A stretch of 44,661 bases of DNA from Opitutales bacterium (GTDB taxonomy: Bacteria > Verrucomicrobiota > Verrucomicrobiia > Opitutales > JABSRG01): assembly GCA_049599475.1 (NCBI GenBank), contig JBMYOQ010000033.1, forward strand, positions 1-44,661, given 5' to 3'. This document shows positions 1 to 4,648 of this stretch, piece after piece (the first letter of the stretch is position 1; each line of letters opens with the position of its first letter). The notes under the pieces are model-generated. The model was given only the letters and a program-made list of their open reading frames with translations. It ran no database searches and was not told the DNA's origin. A program made the translations under genes and the position numbers.

Positions 1-73
1 CATTCTCGCAAGGGCTCAAAAAGCTGGTTTCTCATAGGGGCATATCCTACAAGCGTCGGGGCGTATTCAAATT

Positions 74-700
74 GTGGGTGATGCTTTAGATGATTCCTAC
101 ACACGGTTCTCCGCCTTCGATCAAGAGGGAACTGTAGACATATCACCTGATAGGATTGTGCCGTCCATCGGTTTCGAAAATGGGCTCACAGATTGGAGTC
201 AAGGTGTCCTTAAGGTTGAGGACTTTTATCGAGGCTGTTTGCATAACTCCTTCGATAATGTTTTTATCGTTGGTTTTGCGCGTCCGATCATTGGAAACAT
301 TCCTTCGATATCTGAAATGCAGGCAAAGTATGTCTCACGTCTAATTTCGGGAAAAATACCAAGGTCTGGAAACATTGATGCGCTTTGGCAAGACGAGCGG
401 CAAGCCCTCGCTGAACAATTCCCAAATTTACCGATCGAAAAAGTATACCCAGTCGAAATGTTTGCGTATTGTGATGTTCTTGCTCGGGACCTGGATACTT
501 ACCCCAAGTTTTCTCTGCCGCACGAATGGCGGGAGTGGGTGAATTTCTATACTCAGCCGGCAGTCACCCTTCAATATTCTGAATCACGTGTGAACAAGCG
601 CGTGTTTATGCCTAAAGTCCTCGTTGTGTTACTGTTTCTGATACGATCTTTTGATGGGGTAATTTCTTGCTTAAGTGGGTTCAAGAAGTCTCGACCCTAA
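74..700 (+). CDS. C-terminal part of a flavin-containing monooxygenase (FMO-like); possibly truncated or frameshifted
   Basis: FIVGFARPIIGNIPSISEMQAKYVSRLISGK resembles FMO C-terminal region; same frame has TAG at 35-37 so N-terminal FAD-binding half is not in frame. Confidence 0.55.
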   Translation: MGDALDDSYTRFSAFDQEGTVDISPDRIVPSIGFENGLTDWSQGVLKVEDFYRGCLHNSFDNVFIVGFARPIIGNIPSISEMQAKYVSRLISGKIPRSGNIDALWQDERQALAEQFPNLPIEKVYPVEMFAYCDVLARDLDTYPKFSLPHEWREWVNFYTQPAVTLQYSESRVNKRVFMPKVLVVLLFLIRSFDGVISCLSGFKKSRP

Positions 701-1022
701 AAAGGTAGCTAAGGCTTGGTTGCCCTGTCCATTTCAGGGAACGCCGCAATCAGCCCTCTGAGTCTGTCCTTCGGATGTATGAAAATCGAAGTTTGCGGCG
801 TTCCAGCATCAGTCAGGCATCCCGATGCCATCCTGATGCTGCGCCTTGCGCTGCTTCGATTTTCATTACACCTATTTGATCAATATTTTCGGGATTCGGT
901 ATGATATGGCGCGGTAAGTGCGTAGCCTGAGGCATAATGAATGTTGATGCTGTTTGGCTGGGAGGGTAGTCGGAATAAAAGTTTAAATTATGCTTGTAAT
1001 AGTATAAATGTACACTACAAAT

Positions 1023-1094
1023 ATGACGATTATGAAATTCCACGCACAGCGAGATCAACATGAACCGAATACAATCGGAGGGTTCGCTATGTAG
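1023..1094 (+). CDS. Leader peptide 1, MTIMKFHAQRDQHEPNTIGGFAM (alternative start 1032)
   Basis: Hand-translated; His/Gln/Arg/Asp/Glu/Pro block matches six downstream tRNAs; 3' end overlaps antiterminator arm. Confidence 0.8.
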   Translation: MTIMKFHAQRDQHEPNTIGGFAM

Positions 1095-1131
1095 TGGTAT
1101 TAAGCACGCTTTATCGCTATATAGAGCCCTC
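1078..1131 (+). promoter_or_regulatory. Antiterminator hairpin of attenuator 1
   Basis: GAGGGTTC/GAGCCCTC plus TATGTAGTGGTA/TATCGCTATATA; sequesters 5' arm of the terminator. Confidence 0.75.
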
Positions 1132-1155
1132 AGAGTAATGTCTGGGGGCTTTTTT
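1123..1155 (+). terminator. Intrinsic terminator of attenuator 1
   Basis: AGAGCCCTCAGA-GTAATG-TCTGGGGGCTTT followed by T run, 12 nt before tRNA-Pro. Confidence 0.85.
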
Positions 1156-1167
1156 GGCGTTTACATA

Positions 1168-1239
1168 CAGGGATTGGCAGACAAGTGATGCACTCCGTTT
1201 GGGGCGGAGACTAAGGGGGAGCGTTACCCTCATTCCTGA
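1168..1239 (+). tRNA. tRNA-Pro(TGG), atypical T-loop AGCGTTA, no complete encoded CCA
   Basis: Acceptor CAGGGAT/ATTCCTG; anticodon arm CTCCG-TTTGGGG-CGGAG. Confidence 0.8.
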
Positions 1240-1242
1240 CAT

Positions 1243-1317
1243 CCCTCATTAGTGAACTGGCTATCATACCGCTCTGTCGAAGCGGAGTAGCGGGGTCGGT
1301 ACCCGCATGGGGGGCCA
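1243..1317 (+). tRNA. tRNA-Asp(GTC), atypical T-loop GTCGGTA
   Basis: CCCTCAT/ATGGGGG, G73, CCA; CCGCT-CTGTCGA-AGCGG. Confidence 0.85.
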
Positions 1318-1326
1318 CTTTAACAA

Positions 1327-1401
1327 GGCGCTATAGTGTAACGGATAGCACAGGAGGTTTTCAGTCTTCTAGTCGGGGTTCGAGTCCCCGTAGCGTCACC
1401 A
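1327..1401 (+). tRNA. tRNA-Glu(TTC)
   Basis: GGCGCTA/TAGCGTC; GGAGG-TTTTCAG-TCTTC; TTCGAGT loop; CCA. Confidence 0.9.
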
Positions 1402-1402
1402 T

Positions 1403-1520
1403 GCGAGTATAGTGTAATGGAAGCACGTCTGAATACGAATCAGTTAGTTAAGGTGATCCGGTTGCCCGTAGTGCCCCGGTCATGTCGCTTTGCTCGGAAC
1501 GAGTCCTTATATTCGCACCA
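1403..1520 (+). tRNA. tRNA-Arg(ACG) with 45-nt insertion in T-loop
   Basis: GCGAGTA/TATTCGC; CTGA-ATACGAA-TCAG; T-stem TAAGG/CCTTA flanks insertion; CCA. Confidence 0.8.
1455..1499 (+). repeat. T-loop insertion element copy 1 (45 nt)
   Basis: GATCCGGTT-GCCCGTAGTGC-CCCGGTCATGTC-GCTTTGC-TCGGAA; homologous to 2164-2208 and 3920-3964. Confidence 0.9.
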
Positions 1521-1536
1521 TTTTTGTAATACAGAA

Positions 1537-1610
1537 TGCCATGTAGTTTAACGGTAAAACATCGGGCTTTGAACCCGAGCTTGGAGGTTCGATCCCTTCC
1601 GTGGCATCCA
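1537..1610 (+). tRNA. tRNA-Gln(TTG)
   Basis: TGCCATG/CGTGGCA; TCGGG-CTTTGAA-CCCGA; CCA. Confidence 0.9.
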
Positions 1611-1611
1611 T

Positions 1612-1688
1612 GCGTCGACTAGCTTAACAGGCCAAAGTACCGGATTGTGACTCCGGGGATCCGAGTTCGAGTCTCGGGCGGCGAACCA
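1612..1688 (+). tRNA. tRNA-His(GTG), irregular acceptor stem
   Basis: CCGGA-TTGTGAC-TCCGG; T-arm CCGAG-TTCGAGT-CTCGG; acceptor pairs only with a bulge; CCA. Confidence 0.75.
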
Positions 1689-1753
1689 TTTAATTTCGAT
1701 AAAATAACAAAACAGACTGGACAACATAAGTAATATCTATAGTAATACAAACC

Positions 1754-1801
1754 ATGGAAAGAAATTTTACAGCAATGATTAAAGGAGATGCCACCACATA
1801 G
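1754..1801 (+). CDS. Leader peptide 2, MERNFTAMIKGDATT
   Basis: Hand-translated; NFTAMIKG block matches cluster-2 tRNAs; stop codon abuts antiterminator arm. Confidence 0.8.
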   Translation: MERNFTAMIKGDATT

Positions 1802-1802
1802 G

Positions 1803-1851
1803 GGGAGCCCGGTTGTCTGTATTCTTTTTTATACACTTTCGGAAGGCTCCC
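1803..1851 (+). promoter_or_regulatory. Antiterminator hairpin of attenuator 2
   Basis: GGGAGCC (1803-1809) pairs with GGCTCCC (1845-1851); inner TGTAT/ATACA. Confidence 0.7.
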
Positions 1852-1873
1852 AATTCATTTGGGGGCCTTTTTT
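1843..1873 (+). terminator. Intrinsic terminator of attenuator 2
   Basis: AAGGCTCCCAA-TTCAT-TTGGGGGCCTT-TTTT. Confidence 0.85.
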
Positions 1874-1884
1874 GTTCTTTAATA
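1873..1884 (+). promoter_or_regulatory. boxA-like element
   Basis: TGTTCTTTAATA resembles rrn boxA TGCTCTTTAACA. Confidence 0.5.
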
Positions 1885-1885
1885 T

Positions 1886-1958
1886 GGCGGGTAGGTCTGG
1901 TCGACCGAGTGAGTCTCATACGCTCATCAGCGCGGTTCAAATCCGCGACCTGCTTCCA
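1886..1958 (+). tRNA. tRNA-Met(CAT), probably elongator; short D-arm
   Basis: GGCGGGT/ACCTGCT; TGAGT-CTCATAC-GCTCA; lacks the three G-C pairs of initiator tRNA; CCA. Confidence 0.75.
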
Positions 1959-1965
1959 GTTTAAT

Positions 1966-2104
1966 GGGGCAGATTAGATTCGATCCTTATCGGCAAGATA
2001 GGGAGACGACGGTGCGCGGAAGGAGCAGAGCGACTGTAGATGGGACGCCTTATAGTGGTCGCTCTGCGATGAGCTTTAGCTCACCATTCTCGCAGGCTCC
2101 ACCA
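1966..2104 (+). ncRNA. Ala-identity tRNA-like RNA resembling a tmRNA tRNA-like domain without mRNA domain
   Basis: GGGGC...GCTCC-A-CCA with G3:U70; GATTCGA motif in place of D-arm; stem TCCTTATC/GATAGGGA; no anticodon arm. Confidence 0.65.
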
Positions 2105-2109
2105 TTTTG

Positions 2110-2230
2110 TGAGGATTAGCTTAGTGGCTAAAGCGGGTGTCTTACAAACATCTGATCGCAGGTGGTCCGGTTACGCTTTGCGTCCCGGTCTTGTCGTTAC
2201 ATTCGGAACGAAGTCCTGCTTCCTCGACCA
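2110..2230 (+). tRNA. tRNA-Val(TAC) with 45-nt insertion in T-loop
   Basis: GGTGT-CTTACAA-ACATC; T-stem GCAGG/CCTGC flanks insertion; CCA. Confidence 0.8.
2164..2208 (+). repeat. T-loop insertion element copy 2 (45 nt)
   Basis: GGTCCGGTT-ACGCTTTGCGT-CCCGGTCTTGTC-GTTACAT-TCGGAA. Confidence 0.9.
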
Positions 2231-2231
2231 C

Positions 2232-2306
2232 TGGCGTGTAGCACAATGGCAGTGCAGCTCCCTGTTAAGGAGACGGTTACTGGTTCGAATCCAGTCATGC
2301 CAGCCA
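2232..2306 (+). tRNA. tRNA-Asn(GTT)
   Basis: TGGCGTG/CATGCCA, G73; CTCC-CTGTTAA-GGAG; CCA. Confidence 0.9.
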
Positions 2307-2311
2307 ATTTC

Positions 2312-2385
2312 CCTTTCGTAGCTCAATGGTAGAGCTAGTGGCTGATAACCGCTCGATCTAGGTTCAATTCCTGGCGAAAGGACCA
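2312..2385 (+). tRNA. tRNA-Ile(GAT)
   Basis: CCTTTCG/CGAAAGG; AGTGG-CTGATAA-CCGCT; CCA. Confidence 0.9.
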
Positions 2386-2390
2386 TTTCA

Positions 2391-2466
2391 GGTAACTGCG
2401 TAGGTCTAGTGATTACGCTCGGTTGAAGCCCGAGAGAACTTGGTGCAATCCCAAGAGTTGCCACCA
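2391..2466 (+). tRNA. tRNA-Phe(GAA), atypical T-loop TGCAATC
   Basis: GGTAACT/AGTTGCC; CTCGG-TTGAAGC-CCGAG; CCA. Confidence 0.85.
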
Positions 2467-2472
2467 TTTGTT

Positions 2473-2547
2473 GGGTGCTTCGTATAACGGCTATTACACC
2501 CGGTTTTTACCCGGATTATTGGGGTTCGATTCCCTAAGCGCCCACCA
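2473..2547 (+). tRNA. tRNA-Lys(TTT)
   Basis: GGGTGCT/AGCGCCC; CCGG-TTTTTAC-CCGG; CCA. Confidence 0.9.
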
Positions 2548-2551
2548 TTTC

Positions 2552-2627
2552 GCGAGAGTAGCTCAATTGGCAGAGCGCCTTCCTTCCAAGTAGGTGGTTG
2601 CGGGTTCGATTCCCGTCTCTCGTTCCA
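2552..2627 (+). tRNA. tRNA-Gly(TCC)
   Basis: GCGAGAG/CTCTCGT, U73; loop CTTCCAA; CCA. Confidence 0.9.
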
Positions 2628-2628
2628 T

Positions 2629-2704
2629 TCTCCCATTGTTCTAATTGGCAAAACGGCTGTCTTGTAAACAGCTTTTCTTGGTTCGAATCCGAGTGGGAGA
2701 TCCA
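2629..2704 (+). tRNA. tRNA-Thr(TGT)
   Basis: TCTCCCA/TGGGAGA; GCTGT-CTTGTAA-ACAGC; CCA. Confidence 0.9.
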
Positions 2705-2733
2705 GTTTACAGGAGGGGTAGTTTCGATTGTTT

Positions 2734-3609
2734 CTAGTTGAGAAACAAATCAAAAGAAGGAGGCAAATACTGATGAAGATTTTTTTTGTTACTATTGTAA
2801 GACTTCGGGTTGAAAGTTTGCTTCGGAAACGAGTTCCGAAGAATATTAACTATTTTGCCGGCCATGATAGCTGAGGCATCACTCCGAGCGTAAATGATGG
2901 ATCCATCTTCCCAATTACTTTGCCCGATCTTGTTCAATTTGACATCACTCCCGTGTTTAGCCAGCACCTCTTGAATTTCATGCGCTAACTTCTCTTTTCC
3001 TTTTGAATAAGATATTCTAACTTTCGACTTGGTTAGTTCGGGAGTTGGCGTGACAGATTTGAAAGGAGTAACGGTGTCACTCTTGTTAGATGCTATCCGA
3101 ATAGTTACGGTTTCAGACCTGCCGCTATAGGGACTACTACTAAAAACCCCAAAAGAAGTTTCTATTGGGACGTAGTTCGAGCTTTCAGGCGATCCAGTAT
3201 AATCAAATTTACCTTTAGGATTAACGAGAAAAGATCTCATGCGCTTCCCTTGCACATTTGAAACTGGCGAGGTGTATTTCACGTAGCCACCTCTCTTATG
3301 GAATGCTATATATAATTCGTCTGCTCCGTGAATAGTGGTCACGTAGGTAGAGAGCAATGCTCCAGGATCGAGCTTATACCACCCGCTCACAACTGGATCT
3401 CCAAACCCCACTCCAAAGCTATTTTTGAAGTTTTTTCCGAACATTCCCTTATACTCTAAATCGACGAGGGCGTAATAAACAGTTTCGTTCCCGGAATTTG
3501 TGATTCTAACCGTGATTTCACTTTCTGCGAAGATACTTGCAGACGATATTGCGAAAGTCGCAATAAACCATTTTAATGATCTGTGCATTAAAACATCCAA
3601 GCACATCAT
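2734..3609 (-). CDS. Secreted hypothetical protein (DUF1036-like N-terminus, possible LytR_C-like C-terminus)
   Basis: 291-aa ORF, signal-peptide-like N-terminus, SGWYKLDPG motif; domain calls by eye only. Confidence 0.65.
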   Translation of the reverse strand: MMCLDVLMHRSLKWFIATFAISSASIFAESEITVRITNSGNETVYYALVDLEYKGMFGKNFKNSFGVGFGDPVVSGWYKLDPGALLSTYVTTIHGADELYIAFHKRGGYVKYTSPVSNVQGKRMRSFLVNPKGKFDYTGSPESSNYVPIETSFGVFSSSPYSGRSETVTIRIASNKSDTVTPFKSVTPTPELTKSKVRISYSKGKEKLAHEIQEVLAKHGSDVKLNKIGQSNWEDGSIIYARSDASAIMAGKIVNILRNSFPKQTFNPKSYNSNKKNLHQYLPPSFDLFLN

Positions 3610-3653
3610 AAGCCTATACTGTGAAAAAAGGAATCGGCCTTACAAAAAATCGG

Positions 3654-3685
3654 TTGACACAACATCGCCTAACGGTGATTCTAAT
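3654..3685 (+). promoter_or_regulatory. Putative sigma70-type promoter for tRNA cluster 3
   Basis: Perfect TTGACA at 3654-3659; weak -10 candidates GATTCT (17 bp spacer) or TCTAAT just before leader ATG 3691. Confidence 0.5.
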
Positions 3686-3690
3686 CAATA

Positions 3691-3765
3691 ATGAATTATT
3701 TATGCATACTCCTCAGTTGGTCGCTGTCCGCATGGCGGAAGGCTAGCTCGATTGTGCATATGTAG
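3691..3765 (+). CDS. Leader peptide 3, MNYLCILLSWSLSAWRKASSIVHM
   Basis: Codons TAT TTA TGC ATA CTC CTC AGT TGG TCG CTG TCC correspond to all eight cluster-3 tRNAs. Confidence 0.85.
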   Translation: MNYLCILLSWSLSAWRKASSIVHM

Positions 3766-3798
3766 TTCCTGCATATATACACTTTCTGATTAGCCTTC
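3738..3798 (+). promoter_or_regulatory. Antiterminator hairpin of attenuator 3
   Basis: GAAGGCTAG/TTAGCCTTC plus GTGCATATGTAG/CTGCATATATAC. Confidence 0.75.
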
Positions 3799-3821
3799 GG
3801 TCGCAAGCCGAGGGCTTTTTT
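3792..3821 (+). terminator. Intrinsic terminator of attenuator 3
   Basis: AGCCTTCGGT-CGCAA-GCCGAGGGCT-TTTTT. Confidence 0.85.
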
Positions 3822-3833
3822 GTGTCCTAATTT

Positions 3834-3845
3834 TGTTCTTACATA
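3834..3845 (+). promoter_or_regulatory. boxA-like element
   Basis: TGTTCTTACATA, same position relative to the first tRNA as 1873-1884. Confidence 0.4.
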
Positions 3846-3846
3846 T

Positions 3847-3985
3847 GGAGGGTTGACCCGAGATCCGGCCTGGCGGGAGCCGTCTTGAAAACGGTTGGGG
3901 TTTAACAGCCTCTATGGGTGGTCCGGTTGGGCTTCGCACCCCGGTCATGTCGCTTCGCTCGGAACGAGACCCATACCCTCTACCA
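3847..3985 (+). tRNA. tRNA-Ser(TGA) with 45-nt insertion in T-loop
   Basis: GGAGGGT/ACCCTCT; GCCGT-CTTGAAA-ACGGT; long variable arm; T-stem ATGGG/CCCAT flanks insertion; CCA. Confidence 0.8.
3920..3964 (+). repeat. T-loop insertion element copy 3 (45 nt)
   Basis: GGTCCGGTT-GGGCTTCGCAC-CCCGGTCATGTC-GCTTCGC-TCGGAA. Confidence 0.9.
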
Positions 3986-3996
3986 TTTTATATATT

Positions 3997-4071
3997 ATCT
4001 CAGTGTTGTAATGGCTGCATATCGGTCTCCAAAACCGTATGGTCTAGGTTCAAGTCCTAGCTGAGATGCCA
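3997..4071 (+). tRNA. tRNA-Trp(CCA)
   Basis: ATCTCAG/CTGAGAT, G73; CGGT-CTCCAAA-ACCG; CCA. Confidence 0.9.
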
Positions 4072-4078
4072 TTTATGT

Positions 4079-4155
4079 GGACGTGTATCCCAATCGGAAG
4101 AGGAGTCTGTCTTAGAAACAGAATGTTGGGGGTTCGAATCCCTCCACGTCTACCA
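4079..4155 (+). tRNA. tRNA-Leu(TAG), short variable loop
   Basis: GGACGTG/CACGTCT; TCTGT-CTTAGAA-ACAGA; variable loop ATGTT; CCA. Confidence 0.85.
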
Positions 4156-4156
4156 T

Positions 4157-4231
4157 GGATCGATAGTGAAATCGGCATCACGCTCGGCTGTAACCCGACA
4201 ATTCCAGGTTCAAGTCCTGGTCGATCCACCA
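4157..4231 (+). tRNA. tRNA-Tyr(GTA), short variable loop
   Basis: GGATCGA/TCGATCC; TCGG-CTGTAAC-CCGA; CCA. Confidence 0.85.
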
Positions 4232-4235
4232 TTTT

Positions 4236-4309
4236 TACTGCGTGGCCGAGAGGCAAGGCAGGGGTCTGCAAAACCCCCTACGCGGGTTCGATTCCCGCCG
4301 CAGTATCCA
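4236..4309 (+). tRNA. tRNA-Cys(GCA)
   Basis: TACTGCG/CGCAGTA, U73; GGGGT-CTGCAAA-ACCCC; CCA. Confidence 0.9.
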
Positions 4310-4311
4310 TT

Positions 4312-4448
4312 TTGAATTCGATGTGTAGTCACCTGCTTTAGCTCGGTGAGATAAAAATTCGTATAATACGAATTTCTTGTTTGGTGGGCGCTTTGCCTTC
4401 TCGCGCGGTCAGGGTTCCGAGCCGTTACAAGAAATACACGCGAAACAA
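4312..4448 (+). ncRNA. Putative structured ncRNA of unknown class within tRNA cluster 3
   Basis: Closing stem 4317-4327/4435-4444, several internal stems; far longer than other inter-tRNA spacers (at most ~16 nt). Confidence 0.5.
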
Positions 4449-4467
4449 TTGCAGTGAAAAGATTTCA

Positions 4468-4544
4468 GGATGTGTAGGCTAATCGGTAAAGCCAGCCAGT
4501 TTAAGCCTGGCTGATTGCCCGTTCGAGTCGGGCCACATCCACCA
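4468..4544 (+). tRNA. tRNA-Leu(TAA), short variable loop
   Basis: GGATGTG/CACATCC; GCCAG-TTTAAGC-CTGGC; variable loop TGATT; CCA. Confidence 0.85.
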
Positions 4545-4545
4545 G

Positions 4546-4638
4546 GGAGAGTAGGGCCTGCTGTGGTAGCGGACGGGGATTGCTAATCCTTCGCTGGTCT
4601 TCAAAAGCCAGTCGGTTCGACTCCGATACTCTCTTCCA
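4546..4638 (+). tRNA. tRNA-Ser(GCT)
   Basis: GGAGAGT/ACTCTCT; GGGGA-TTGCTAA-TCCTT; long variable arm; CCA. Confidence 0.85.
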
Positions 4639-4648
4639 TTTAATAGAG

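Noticed and set aside
716..1061. Short ORFs 716-904 and 813-1061
   Set aside because: No recognisable motif; the second is antisense to the leader-1 promoter region
1000..1160. T-box riboswitch explanation for the leaders
   Set aside because: Leaders are short, lack stem I and the AGGGUGGNACCGCG T-box motif, and instead contain codon-matched ORFs
1455..1499. T-loop inserts as group I introns, BHB introns or hammerhead ribozymes
   Set aside because: 45 nt is too small for a group I core; no canonical 3-4-3 bulge-helix-bulge; no CUGANGA/GAAA core
2109..2753. ORF-track peptides at 2109-2321, 2171-2467 and 2406-2753
   Set aside because: They overlap clear tRNA genes; typical tRNA sense/antisense translation artefacts
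3702..3746. Alternative leader ORF MHTPQLVAVRMAEG in another frame
   Set aside because: Its codons do not match cluster-3 tRNAs, whereas the 3691 frame matches all eight; not fully excluded as a secondary ORF
4312..4465. Coding piece of a two-piece tmRNA partnering the 1966-2104 RNA
   Set aside because: No tag-like frame ending in ALAA/LAA-stop was seen, and the P2-like stem of the acceptor RNA is closed in cis
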